Shown here piece after piece: positions 38,418 through 51,367 of a stretch of 64,000 nucleotides of DNA (position 1 is its first letter; each line of letters begins with the position of its first letter). Source of the DNA: Octopus sinensis. Taxonomy: Eukaryota. The position numbers were made by a program, and so were the translations under genes. The stretch lies in contig NC_043024.1 of NCBI RefSeq assembly GCF_006345805.1, forward strand, positions 15,872,001 through 15,936,000, in the 5' to 3' direction. A model generated the notes under the pieces. It was not told where the DNA came from, did no database searches, and saw nothing but the letters and a program-made list of their open reading frames with translations.

Positions 38418-38719
38418 GTATTTAGAAATTCTCTAAAAATATTTTTAAAACAATTGCAGCGTGGAAGGTGTTTATAAGCCATTTAAGAAACTCACAAAAC
38501 CGTTAGATTCACTTCAACATTTAAATTTTATTTGTCAAAATATTTTCGTCGCTTTGAGATAGCGACTGACAAAATTCCGTGCTATGTTTTTTTTATTCTG
38601 TATGAAAATATAATCATTGACCTGTTGACAGAATTATGTATAAGTGGCAAAAGGGATTTATCTTCGTCTACGGAAACCTGCTCAGTTTGGCCCTGTCTCA
38701 AGTAACCTTTGACCGTGAA

Positions 38720-38880
38720 GGTCATCGTCATCATTGTTCGACCGTGGTCGAGACAATGGGATTTACCATGCTACGCCAGACTTCACGGTCCATCATAGCA
38801 TTACGGAGGTCGTGTTGCTGGATGCCTGTATCCCTGGAGATTACATCAGGGTAGGAGAGTGTGCGCCCTCTGGTATTGCG
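38720..38880 (-). mobile_element. 3' end fragment of an RTE/RTEX-like LINE
   Basis: Minus strand YPDVISRDTG...DLRNAMMDREVWRSMV* followed by an (atg)n-like tail. Confidence 0.55.
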
Positions 38881-39398
38881 AGTAGGTGCGTGGCTTAGTG
38901 CTTAGCGTAATCGGCTCTTGCTCATAAGGTTGTGAGTTCGATTCCTGGCGACGCGTTCTCCTTGAGCAAAATACTATATTTCATTTTTAATCTAGTCCAT
39001 TCAGCAGGCAAAAATGAGTTGTACCTGTATTTCAAAGGGCCAGCCTTGTCACATTCCGTGTCACGCTGAATCTCCCTGGGAGCTAGATTAACGATACATG
39101 TGTCTGTGGTGTACTCAGCCACTTGCTCTATAATTCCACAAGCTGGCGGTTCCGTTGATCGGATTAACTTGAACCCTCGTCGTCAAGTAGGACAACCCTC
39201 TGACGCTGCCAGCTGTTGCCATTTCCAATATCTCAAACATAATGGAGACAGTTTCAATCATTCTCTCTTTCCTTAATGACTACACTACGATTATAATAAT
39301 TCAGATATGAATGTTACTCACACACACACACAAACACACACTTATTCACACACACATATATATATAGATATATATAGATATATGTCTATATAATATAC

Positions 39399-39580
39399 GT
39401 GGAGGCGCAATGGCCTAGTGGTTAGAGCAGCGGACTCGCGGTCGTAGGATCGCGGTTTCGATTCCCAGACCGGGCGTTGTGAGTGTTTATTGAGCGAAAA
39501 CACCTAAAAAAGCTCCACGACGCTCCAGCAGGGGGTGGTGATCCCTGCTGTACTCTTTCACCACTCTTTCTTCTGCTCGC
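39399..39580 (+). mobile_element. tRNA-Arg(TCG)-like SINE family B. Other copies at 26580-26780, 33020-33305, 36660-36945, 37400-37720, 44465-44660 and 62745-63060
   Basis: ggaggcgcaatggcctagtggttagagcagcggacTCGcgg...ggtttcgattccc head followed by a shared non-tRNA body. Confidence 0.85.
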
Positions 39581-39799
39581 TTATTCAAAGGCTAAAACAA
39601 TGCATTGTGACCAGCGATGTGGAACATCTGATGGTCTGGTCGGTCACGTGATCACGTGATATAATATATATATATATACATACATACATACATACTATAT
39701 ATACATACATATATCTATATAATATACATGCATATATATATATATATATACACACACATATACATACATATATATAATATACCTATATAATTTATATCT

Positions 39800-39848
<49 letters not shown>

Positions 39849-40467
39849 TACTCTTTTACTTGTTTCAGTCATTTGACTGCGGCCATGCTGGAGCACCGCC
39901 TTCAGTTGAGCAAATCAACCCCAGTACTTATTCTTTGTAAGCCTAGTACTTATTGCCGAACCGCTAGGTTACGGGACGTAAACACACCAGCATCAGTTAG
40001 TGCCACGCAGTGGGACTGAACCCGGAACCATGTGGTTGGTAAGCAAGCTATTTACCACACAGCCACTCCTGCGCCTATATATATATAAAGTTTCTGTGTA
40101 TAACAGTATGAACATTTTAATTCAGTTACATCAGTGAGGGGCAGGTAACTCTTCTTGGATGATGTAACTCAGCTGCAAAAATGTTTAACTTAAGGGTCGT
40201 AACACAGTCTGGCAACAACCCAATGGTTGAGACGAGGATATGATTGAGTGTGTGTGTGTGTGTGTGTGTGGTGTGTGTGTATGTGTGTGTGTGTGTATGT
40301 GTGTGTGTGTGTGTTGTGTGTGTGTGTGTTCGCGCGTGCATACGTATGTGTGAGTGGATGTGTATATGTGCGCATGCCCGTGTGTCGGTGTGTATTATCA
40401 GTTCTTTCTTGAAAGCATGTTACAATTATGTAAATTTAATTGGTTAAATTATTTGTTAATTAATCAG

Positions 40468-40580
40468 GTGTTGATGAAATGATGTCCAAATACGTTGCCC
40501 AACTCCTGGTCAGAGACCCAATCGTTTTATACAAAGAGAAGATCGATCAAGACATAATGAATGATACGGATCACATTCAG
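40468..40580 (+). CDS. GCLC: GCLC-like copy 2, coding exon 10 (VDEMMSKYVAQLLVRDPIVLYKEKIDQDIMNDTDHIQ)
   Basis: Matches GIDHLLAQHVAHLFIRDP...DHFE. Confidence 0.93.
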
Positions 40581-41019
40581 GTAAAACATAATTCTTGAAT
40601 GCTTTTTATTTAAAAATAAATTGGTTGGAGTTATCAAGGTAGAAATTAACTCTATGATAGACTAATTTTTGCCTTCCCTTGACCTTCGACACCTGATGGA
40701 ATCGTAAAGATTCTGTCGTGTTGTAGCGTGTATTTCGAACATTTTACAATCGATCCGATTTCTTCCAGAGAGAAACAGACAAACAAACAGACAGACAGAC
40801 ACGCACATTGTAAGACTGATACAGGAAGAGAAACAATAAAGAAAAAAGAGAGAGTGAGACATGAAACATCTTCAAAATTGAATTGGTATATTCGTATTTA
40901 TCAAGACTCGAAATTATGCAGTGCGAAGTTTATTTTGGTAGGATTGGGATTCCGTATCGCAGAGACGGAGAGGAAATAACGCAACCCACTCTATCTGACA
41001 CCCTAATGACTCAGCCAAT

Positions 41020-43448
41020 TTACCACCTGATTCCTAAGTCTCTGTACTCCTTAATCGTCAAAAGGGACGTATTAAGTTTCCAGTAGCCGGGACCTCTATA
41101 TAACTTATATATGTCGAGCTTATAGGTGACCATCTTGTGATCACTGTAGCTGGCCATGTGAAACTGTGGACACCGAGCTATCTTCTTATCTACTTTTCTA
41201 ATTAATATTCTATCTAGATAAGACCTGGAAGATCCGTCGCTATTTTCCCATGTCCACAATAGAGCATTCGGAAATTTCAGTCTGTATGGATCTACCAGCT
41301 CAAAACGTCTTAGTAGATCCTGGTAGCAAGCATTACTTCTATTAACACATGAGCCAACAGAATCTACGCGTGCATCGCAGATTGTGTTATAGTCTCCTAC
41401 CACAACTAAAGGATGTGATGTACCAAGAAACTTCTCTAGGTTCCGATAATACTCAGTTTGCCCCGTATCTTGAGGTGCATAAATTGCAACCAGTTTAATA
41501 GTCTTACAATGGGTGAACGTCAAGTCAATGACGACCAGCCTACCTTCTGGATCTGCAAAAATCAACTTTTTCTCAGAAATCCAGTTTCTTTTTAATATGG
41601 CCAACACCCTACTCCCGCTACGAGGACAGCACGGAGAGATGAATCTCTCGTAACCGTCAAACAGCGTGAATGCTTGACATGGACTTACCTTTGTCAGTGG
41701 TACTCTCTTTTTCACTGGTTCGTGGGGTGATATTCTGACATATTTCCTCGTACATCGACTTGTTAAAATCAAGTCTTGGAGGAATCACGTAAGTTGGGTG
41801 GTAGTTTTCAAGATGCAATAGTTCATTTTATCTATTTTATAAATGGCAATATTTTCTGGAGTCTTATGGTGATGTTTGTAAATTGACGCCGTTGGTATTT
41901 GCTTTAACCTTTTTTTTTATTGTTTGTTATTATTTATTGCAGTCGGCATTTCCTTATATTCGTTAGATTTTCTTGGACTTGATATCGGGAAAAGATTGAC
42001 TGGGCTTGGCGGATGAGGGGTGATGTTTGGGAGAGGAGGGAAATCCCAACTAGAGGTGCTAGGGGGGTCTTATCGCCGATGGGGGAATAGGATGGAGAGG
42101 AATCTGATATTGTTGATTTTGGGGAGGAATAGTGGTGGGGTGGGGTAATTTTTCTTTGAGTGTCCTGAGTTTTTCTTTTGGTTGTTGTAGGTTAGGGTTG
42201 AGTTGGTTGTCATTATTATTTTCCCTTTTTTGGGGGGTCTTACTACCGACCAGCCGTCTTTTTACCCGGCTTATTGAACACCATCAGTGCCGTGGTTCTG
42301 CTGGTCGGTCTTTTGGTTTTCTTCTTCTTCTTCTTCTTCTTCTTCTTCTTTCTCCTTGCGGGTGGGGCAGTTTACCCGAATGTGGTCTTTTTCGCCACAT
42401 TCGTAACATCTGGGTTTCCCGCCCTTCACCATTACCCGCAAGGTGGTTTCTTCTCCGATGTAGATGTTCTCAGCAATTTCTTCTAACGTCTGGAGGGCCG
42501 CTTGAATTATGATCTCAAGCCCTTGGCCTCGCCAGTGGTATTCTGAAAGCTTCAATTATCTTGATTTTATCCTCAAGCCCCATTAGAAGGGCTGAGATAA
42601 TCCAGATGACATTTATTTCTGGTGGGATTTCCTCAATAACTATTTTGGATGTTCTCCTACCCATATAAGTTGGTAATAAAATGACTTCGTTGGTTTTCAT
42701 CGGTTAGAGCGAGTGTTTTATAGCCTTTTCCTCATTTTTGAAGTACGCCACTATTGTGGCGTATCTTCTCCCTCTGGTCAAGAACTCGATGTCTTGCCAG
42801 ATGGATTGTAGACACTTCTCGATTTGGTCTTTGGATGCCTTGTCTATTTTCTTGTCTTTTATTATCATTGTCTTATATGTTATTATTTTCCTCCTTGTTT
42901 CTTCGATGAGTTCGTTAGGGAGGGTGGCTTTAACTTCAAAACCTTCCCTTTCGAACATACCTTTGTGTTGCCGCAGTGAATCTAGCTCTATATTCAATTT
43001 ATCTTTCCTCACACCGGCTGCGGTGGCAAAATTAATCTTCTTTTGGTTGTCTTCTGTTGGGTTTATTTATCCGTTATTCATTTTATCGTTTTCAGCATTT
43101 ATTTTTCCTTCTTGGTTCCTTTTTCCGTTTACTGCATTTATGTGGCTTTCGTTCACATTTTCGTTCATTTTGTCTTGTTTTACAATTGCTCTTTGGTTAG
43201 CTTGGTCAAGGTTAGAAGACTTGTCCTCCGAATTCATTTTCACAAAAATACATATTTTCCAAAATATTTTTTCAAAAATTGTTTCAAAAATTATTTTCTC
43301 CTTTTTACGGAGGGGAACAACAGTCCGCTACGTCTGTTAAAACAAAACGTAGAACAATAACAAAAGTTCAGAAGTTAACAATAAATGGCAACAATAACAA
43401 TAAATAATAAAAACAATTACTAACCAAATTCTCGCAAAGCCAAATTAA
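41020..43448 (-). mobile_element. Tx1-like LINE, 5' portion: 5' UTR, ORF1 with CCHC knuckle, and ORF2 APE domain; 3'-truncated
   Basis: CYECGEKDHIRVNC in ORF 42271-42555; APE motifs AIYAP, GDYN, YLDRI and SDHK in 41020-41772. Confidence 0.9.
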
Positions 43449-43770
43449 CCGCAGCGTGCTATCGCTTCTGCCAACTCGCCGTCTTAGATTATGAAATTAT
43501 GAAGGATTTTCTTAATACAGTTTTCAAAACAAGCATAAACTTGGGGTTTTTTTCATTAATCAAGATGTCGTTATTACGAATATTTACTGCAGACCATATT
43601 TTTATTCTAATGTAGTAAAAGTCAAAGGTTATTTTCGAATTTGCTTTTTGCTTTGTTGATAATGTGTGAACATTTTCAGAGTATTCTTAAAACAATTGTT
43701 ATAATCCAGACTAAACACTTTTATTCCTATATATCATAATCTTTTCTACTCTAGGCACAAGGCCTGAAAT

Positions 43771-44916
43771 TTTCCACTAATTTTGTACATTTATAACAAT
43801 TTAATTAAGCACACAGTATTTATTCGTATATAATACATTCTTGTGTATCGTGGCACTCCGACGGTAACGACGACGAGGTTTCCAGTTCATCCGATCATAC
43901 GTGAAATTAACGTATAAGTGGCTGAGCGTTCCACAGACACGTGTACCCTTAACGTAGTTATCGGGGAGATTCAGCGTGACATAGTGTGTGGCAAGGCTGG
44001 CTCTCAAGAGGATGCCAGTCGATTAGATTGACCACAGTACGCAACTGGTACTTAATTTATCGAGGCCGAAAGGTTGAAAGGCAAAGTCGACCTCGGCGGA
44101 ATTTTAACTCAGAACGTAAAGACAGACGAAATACCTATTTCTTTACTACCCACAAGGGGCTAAACACAGAGAGGACGAACAAGGACAGACAAGCGGATTA
44201 AGCCGATGATATCGACCCCAGTACGTAACTGGTACTTATTTAATCGACCCCGAAAGGATGAAAGGCAAAGTCAACCTCGGCGGAATTTGAACTCAGAACG
44301 TAGCGGCAGACGAAATACCGCTAAGCATTTCGTCCGGCGTGCTAACGTTTCTGCCAGCTCGCCGCCTTTCCTATATATCATAATACTAAATAAAAGCCAC
44401 TGTGAGAGATATTTTCTCTTGGTTTTCCTAACGAATAGTTAGTAATGTGTATTATACACAAGAGGAGGCGCAATGTCCCAATGGTTAGGACAGCGGATTT
44501 GCGGCCGTAGGGTCGCGGTTTCAATTCCCTGACCGGGTCTTGTGAGTGTTTATTGACCGAAAACACCTAAAGCTCTACGAGCTTTCGGCAGTGGGTGGTG
44601 GCGAACCCTGCTGTACTCTTTCGCTACAACTTTCTCTCTTCCTTCCTGCTTCTATTGTACCTGTATTTCAAAGGACCAGCCTTGTCACACTGTGTCACGC
44701 TGAATCTCCCCGAGAACTACATTAAGGGTTCACGTGTCTGTGGAGTGCTCAGCCACTTATACGTTAATTTCATGAGCAGGCTGTTCCGTTGATCGGATCA
44801 ACTGGTACTACCGTCGTTGTAACCGATGGAATGCCACGAAACACAAGAATGTATCATATACGAATAAATACTGTGTGCTTAATTAAGTTGTTATAAATGT
44901 ACAATATCAGTGGAAA
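43771..44916. repeat. Inverted duplication with ~240 bp arms (43771-44005 and 44675-44916), each made of SINE D tail plus ~80 bp of flank
   Basis: Flank ttccactaattttgtacatttataacaa...tattcg is reverse-complemented at 44835-44916. Confidence 0.85.
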
Positions 44917-44940
44917 ACCTTGTTTAACATTCTATTTTAG

Positions 44941-45027
44941 ACCATTATTGGAAGTAATTGGCACAGCCTGAAACTGAAACTTCCTGATGAGAAATCTGGA
45001 TGGAAAATAGAATTCAGAACAATGGAG
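44941..45027 (+). CDS. GCLC: GCLC-like copy 2, coding exon 11 (TIIGSNWHSLKLKLPDEKSGWKIEFRTME)
   Basis: Matches NIQSTNWQTMRFKPP...GWRVEFRPME. Confidence 0.93.
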
Positions 45028-45063
45028 GTAACATTTTACTAGAAACTATCTCCGTAATAAATA

Positions 45064-45288
45064 TTGGGTTGTCCGGAAAGTTCGTGTCGATTTTTAAAGG
45101 AAAAAAAAAGGTCAATAAATATCTGCCATTTCATTTTTCATCAACCAAATATGAACTATTTTGTTGCACAATGCGTCTCCATCTTTCCTCTAACTTCAAA
45201 ATACCCTCTTCCTAGAATTGAGGTGCCTGGGAGGGTGAGTCGAAAGGTAAGCTACTATAAATCGGCACGAACTTTCCGGACAACCCAA
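45064..45288. mobile_element. Mariner-type MITE (225 bp)
   Basis: ~30 bp TIRs ttgggttgtccggaaagttcgtg(t/c)cgattt; TA on the left. Confidence 0.85.
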
Positions 45289-46442
45289 TTTTTTTGTATG
45301 CTTCATTGTATATTGGCACAGGTATAACTATTTGGTGTTGGTTTCATATCAACATGGCTCAATTTCACCACGAGTCACCTTGCAGAAGTTTTTTGTAATA
45401 ATTTGGGGTTGATTGATATCTTGAGTGGAATTTGGTATATTCTTTGTCTTGTTTGAGCCATCAGACACACACACACACATGCACACACATACACACAATA
45501 CACCTATATATGACAGGCTTCTCCCCAGTTTCCAGCTATATTCTTTGACCCGTCGAACACTAGCCAGACTACATGTACCAATCTGGAGGATTCAGTCAGT
45601 TATATCGATCCTGCAACTTATTTCCTCGAACTTCATAAACATCAGGACCGGTTTCCAAGAGGCGATTACGCATGCATAACTACGATCTTCTACACACGCG
45701 CGTCCGCATAGATACATTCAAGAATATATATTTCTTTATTGCCCACAAGGGGCTAAACATGGAGGGAATAGACAAGGACAGACAAACGGATTAAGTCGAT
45801 CAGATCGACCCCAGTGCGTAACTGGTACTTAATTTATCGACCTCGAAAGGATGAAAGGCAAAGTCGACCTCGGCGGAATTTGAACTCAGAACGTATCGGC
45901 AGACGAAATACCTATTTCATTACTACCCACAGGGGGCTAAACACAGAAAGATCAAACAAGGACAGACAAACGGATTAAGTCGATTATATCGATCCCAGTG
46001 CGTAACTGGTACTTTTTATTCACATACATCTTAATATCACCCCCACCCACCCCTATGTATTCTTTTCTACTGTAAGCACAAGGAATTTTAGTGGAGGGGG
46101 CCAATCGATCAGATTCACCCCTGTACGCAACTGGTGCTTAATTTATCGACCCCAAAAGGATGAAAGGCAAAGTCGATCTCAGTGGAATTTGAACTCAGAA
46201 CGTAAAGACAGACGAAATACCGCTAAGCATTTCGCCCAGCGTGCTAACGTTTCTGCCAGCTTACTGCCTTAAATATTCTTTTCAATTCGAGGCACAAGGC
46301 CCGAAATTTTTGGGGAGTGGGCCAGTCGATTAGATCGACCTCGGTACGCAACTGGTACTTAATTTATCGACCCCCAAAAGGATGAAAGGCAAAGTCGATC
46401 TCGGAGGAATTTGAACTCAGAACGTAAAGACAGACGAAATAC

Positions 46443-47665
46443 CAATTTCTTTATTGCCCACCGTGGGCCAAACATAGAATTGAACAGAACAACTGATGGG
46501 ATCAGAAAAGTGACATGGTTTTACATATAATGTGACTTTAAAAATTTAAATAAAATATTTAAAAAATCGAATGAAATTTACAATACAGAAACAATACAAA
46601 TGAAGCAATGATCAGACCACGCTCCGACCCCACAAGCCCCGATCTATCACTGGTACTTTTTTTTCTTTTTGCTCTTTTTTCCATCTATTCACACGGCTCC
46701 TTGCACGCACAGCACTCGTGCAACATGCTTCCATCTCTTTTGGAACGCACACTCCGAGAGACATCTCTTCTCGGCCACACCTTCGTTTTCAAATGAAAAG
46801 TAAAAAATGATCGTAAATTGTGGCCGGAGATAAAGTTGCCTGTCTTAATCCCTTTTATCCTAGTCTTCAATACTGCCTCTTTCGCCATTGCTACAACCGT
46901 GAGAAAACAATTCTTACCTTCGTTTGTTAAAACTCCCGGTGGGTCAACTTTTATAATTGACTCAGTCAAGAGCTGTACTCTTACTTCGCCGGAAAACAGG
47001 TGTTCAGCATAAGCCCACATTTCAGATATCTCCGCACACTGAACAATAGCGTGAGGGACAGCTTCCCTGTCTTCTCCGCATCTTGGACAGGTCGGCGACT
47101 GACGCTTACCATGTCTTGCAAGATTATTCCAAACGGGCAAGGCACCTCTGTAGCATTGCCAGGTTAAGGACTTTTGGAAGTTGGCCAACGTTCTCAACCG
47201 AATGTACGGTAAAACAGGCTGTCTAGTTGCTTAAACCCGAGACCTAGAGTCGCTTCTAGGCCCTCATCGCATTCAGACTCTACCAACCCACTAAATAAAA
47301 TCCGTGTGAAACCCCCACCGCTGGAGTTACCCGAACGTCGGAATAGCAAGAGGGCCTTACGGCACTCTTTATGCCATTCACTCGACCTCGGTCTATGAGA
47401 ACACCAGGATTCCTGTTCACAAAACTTTTGAACTCGGGCAACATTTGTCTGGCCAGCGGAGACCACACCCGTTCATTATCCAGGAGAATCCAGAGGTACC
47501 TCAACGCATGTCTGCGCATCATTAACCAAGGCATCCTTAAACCTCCCTTTAAAGGTTTTTTATAGCAGACAGAGCGTTTCACAAGTGGTGACCTGCCCTT
47601 CCACAAAAATTGAAAGAGCTGTCTCTCCAACCTGATCAACCACGAATCTATATAGCCGTATTACA
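46443..47665 (-). mobile_element. Tx1-like LINE, 3' fragment
   Basis: CPRCGEDREAVPHAIVQC; homologous to 21100-22150; tail gtgggcaataaagaaat. Confidence 0.9.
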
Positions 47666-48150
47666 GCCTATATACCATTTTCATAATTACATTCAAATCT
47701 CAGCCCATATTTTAGTATCACCAAAATTTACATTTCAACCATCTTAAAAAGTTATGCATCCATTCTCTTAAAAGCACAAGACCTGAAATTTGGAGGGAGG
47801 GGACGAGTCGATTACATCGACCCCAGTGTTCAACTGGTACTTATTTTATCGACCTCGAAAGGATGAAAGCAAAGTCGACTCGGCGGAATTTGAACTCAGA
47901 TCGTAACGAAATACCGCTAAGCATTTCGTCCAGCGTGCTAACGATTCTACCAGCTCGCCGCCTTAATATTGTAATAAACAATCTTATACAGGCGCAGGAG
48001 TGGCTGTGTGGTAAGTACCTTACTTACCAACCACGTGGTTCCGGGTTCAGTCCCACTTGGGCAAGTGTCTTCTACTATAGCCTCGGGCCGACCATATCCT
48101 TGTGAGTGGATTTGGTAGACGGAAACTGAAAGAAGCCCGTCGTATGTATG

Positions 48151-48214
<64 letters not shown>

Positions 48215-48240
48215 GTGTGTGTGTGTGTGTGTGTGTGTGT

Positions 48241-48466
48241 GTCTGTGTTTGTTCCCTCAACCTCACTTGACAACCGATGCTGGTGTGTCTACGTCCCCGT
48301 AACTTAGCGGTTCGGCAAAAGAGACCGATAGAATAAGTACTAGGCTTACAAAGAATAAGTCCTGGGGTCGATTTGCTCGACTAAAGGCGGTGCTCCATAA
48401 TGGCCGCAGTCAAATGACTGAAACAAGTAAAAGCGTAAAACAGTAAAGAGTAAAAGAGTATATATA

Positions 48467-48543
<77 letters not shown>

Positions 48544-48757
48544 TGTGTTTGTTCCCTCAACCTCACTTGACAACCGATGCTGGTGTGTCTACGTCCCCGT
48601 AACTTAGCGGTTCGGCAAAAGAGACCGATAGAATAAGTACTAGGCTTACAAAGAATAAGTCCTGGGGTCGATTTGCTCGACTAAAGGCGGTGCTCCATAA
48701 TGGCCGCAGTCAAATGACTGAAACAAGTAAAAGCGTAAAACAGTAAAGAGTAAAAGA

Positions 48758-48760
<3 letters not shown>
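48241..48760 (+). repeat. Exact tandem duplication (period 300 bp) of a SINE C 3' half, bounded by (TA)n(TG)n
   Basis: 48241-48460 is identical to 48541-48760 by eye. Confidence 0.9.
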
Positions 48761-48809
<49 letters not shown>

Positions 48810-48847
48810 TTATATATATTTTATGTATGTATTTTATATATTTCCAG

Positions 48848-48952
48848 CTTCAGTTGACCGATTTTGAAAACGCTGCCCTTGTCGTATTTCTGGTTCTTCT
48901 TACCCGAGTTATACTTTCTTTCAAATTAAACCTTTTGGTCCCAATAACGAAG
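48848..48952 (+). CDS. GCLC: GCLC-like copy 2, coding exon 12 (LQLTDFENAALVVFLVLLTRVILSFKLNLLVPITK)
   Basis: Close match to VQLTDFENSAYVVFVVLLTRVILSYKL. Confidence 0.96.
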
Positions 48953-49869
48953 GTAAACATTGATTTCTCTACAATAAGCATTAAACCATCTGAAGCACCC
49001 ATACGTATGTAAGCTATCACTCACCTAGGCTCTTAATCCCTCCTAGGACACAGACCATCGACGATCTCCCTCCACTCATTCCAGTCCTCAGCATTCCTCT
49101 CCATTATTTCTCGGTCATCTACATCTCATTCTGCAGTTTTGTACCCTTCCTCTTGTTCTTTTCTTCAGGAGGTTCCAGTAAAGGAACTACTTTGTTACGC
49201 TGGTGTGGAAGCCTCACTAAAACAGTGGATCCAGTCCAGTGCCACTTACTTTACTTCACATCCCTGTCAATGGGGGTCTGTTGGGTTTACTCCCACAAGG
49301 TTGTGTTGCTGAATTTCTTCAGTTAACGGACTGAGAATCATTTGCTGATGACATTCTGGGTCTTCTTTAGTGCTGCTTTTGTATATCTCCTCTTCTTGGT
49401 CCCATAAAATAGAACTAACCGTGGTGAGGGAACTTGCGTGGTTCTTTTACTCTAAAACCTATATTGGTAGAGAGTTTATGATCTCTGACTGATCCATTCA
49501 TTTCGAACCGGCTAAAATGTAGGATATAGGCTAAAAACTAGTCCCTGGTCTACTAATTAAAGTTTACGCATGGAGGAAAAACAAAGCAATGTGAGTTACA
49601 GGAGATATTTAATCATATCTCAACACACCGGTTTCATAAGATTGTCATTTTCAAACTATTAATGTCATCCTTAATGAAACATTTAAATTATTTACATGAA
49701 CAATACGTTTTAGTTGCTATGAACTCCGGCCGTCTTGCTGGATTATTTATTTATTTATTTATTCGCTAGTTTCATCATTCGATGGTAACCATGTTGGGAT
49801 ACTGTCTTTAAAAGTTTCAGTAAATTATATCAACCCCAGCATCCATTTCATTTTATCAGTTTCTCTTTA

Positions 49870-49995
49870 TCAAAAGACCGTGGACCATGGAGAACTGTAT
49901 GGGCTTAACAGCCAATGATTTCGAGTGAAGATTCACACAACACAAACTCTTTCCAGTAAAGACTCAGTGAAATTTCCAGCTCCCACTCCTACTTT
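49870..49995 (+). mobile_element. Possible decayed Penelope GIY-YIG endonuclease fragment
   Basis: CMGLTANDFE*RFTQHKLF resembles YIGxTxNxFKxRxxxHKxSF; short and disrupted. Confidence 0.45.
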
Positions 49996-50049
49996 ATCTG
50001 AAAACTCCAAGACAAAAGATGCGACATCCCTAGCACCACATACATTATT

Positions 50050-50112
<63 letters not shown>

Positions 50113-50555
50113 TTTATACTAGTTTCTCTGTGACCATTTTGGGTCCTATGCAGCAAATCTCTCTGTTTATAAAATGTTTATTTCCTAATTTAAAATGTTT
50201 TTATCGTAATTTTATGCGAGAACTTTGCATCCGTTGCACCTGTACAGGTAATGTCAATTGATGGAGGGAGTGAGCTTATGTGTACACAAACATTTGATCA
50301 CTATAAACAAAAGGTCAGTGTGGGTGTTTGGTAAGAAATTGTCGAAACCTCATACGTCGCCTAACGACGGCAGAGTCCATCATATATATATATGCATGCG
50401 TATAATATGGGATGACCAATAAGTGGACATCCAATATGCTAGAAGAAGATCATCTACCATCTAACCACAAAGAAAAGAATGTACTCTAGAGAAATTCAGC
50501 AAACACCAGAACATAAGCGGGTAAGACAGATGAAAATATACAAAATACAGAATTA

Positions 50556-50624
50556 ATCGTAGACCGATTTCGTCATTAACGATTTTACTTACGTAATTCT
50601 CGTCCGTGGACTCTTCAGTACGAT
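50556..50624 (-). ncRNA. Identical hammerhead motif on the opposite arm
   Basis: Exact reverse complement of 50996-51064. Confidence 0.75.
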
Positions 50625-50995
50625 CGTTCCAATTCAATATAATTTGTAGAACTATACATGAGTTGTCCTCATAAAATTAGACGTGTGTATAGTTCTACCG
50701 ATTACATTGGGGTTATTTTCAATTGTCTAAGTTCTGGCGCGCCAAATCCCGGAAACAGGTCCGCAGTAGATAATTCACTGCAGTTAATGTTGCCGGTTAG
50801 AGAACATAATTATTTAAAATTCAAATAATTAAATTTAAAATTTAAATTATTATTTAAATAATAATTTAAATAATTTGGCGCGCCAGAACTTAGACAATTG
50901 AAAATAACCCCAATGTAATCGGTAGAACTATACACACGTCTAATTTTATGAGGACAACTCGTATATAGTTCTATAAATTATATTGAATTGGAACG

Positions 50996-51064
50996 ATCGT
51001 ACTGAAGAGTCCACGGACGAGAATTACGTAAGTAAAATCGTTAATGACGAAATCGGTCTACGAT
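50996..51064 (+). ncRNA. Type I hammerhead motif with extended helix II and an intact core
   Basis: ATCGTA-CTGAAGA-GTC...GAC-GAAA-TCG-GTC-TACGAT; 6 bp helix I; predicted cut after C51058. Confidence 0.75.
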
Positions 51065-51324
51065 TAATTCTGTATTTTGTATATTTTCATCTGTCTTACC
51101 CACTTATGTTCTGGTGTTTGCTGAATTTCTCTAGAGTACATTCTTTTCTTTGTGGTTAGGTCGTAGATGATCTTCTTCTAGCATATTGGATGTCCACTTA
51201 GTGGTCATCCCTTGTTATACGCACGTATTACAATTTTTCTTAATTTTCAGATTTTTCTATATGCTGGTTTTGAATTGATGTTAATTAAATTAATATTCAA
51301 TTTATCACACTCATTATTTAAATT

Positions 51325-51367
<43 letters not shown>

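Larger units (their letters stand above)
50392..51227. repeat. Long inverted repeat with ~355 bp arms (50392-50747 and 50873-51227), roughly 97 percent identical, carrying twin hammerhead motifs
   Basis: Arm-to-arm complementarity read directly; identity estimated by eye. Confidence 0.95.

Noticed and set aside
39399-39475. tRNA-Arg-like sequence as a tRNA gene (also 44465, 52745, 62745 and others)
   Set aside because: Each continues into a shared SINE body and the acceptor stems are imperfect; these are SINE heads.
44984-45010. CTGATGA...GAAA inside exon 11
   Set aside because: No stem II or helix I pairing; it is coding sequence (PDEK...WKI).
41020-47665. The 41020-43448 and 46443-47665 Tx1 pieces as one interrupted element
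   Set aside because: On the minus strand the 5' part should lie at higher coordinates than the 3' part; the order is reversed and GCLC exon 11 lies between them.
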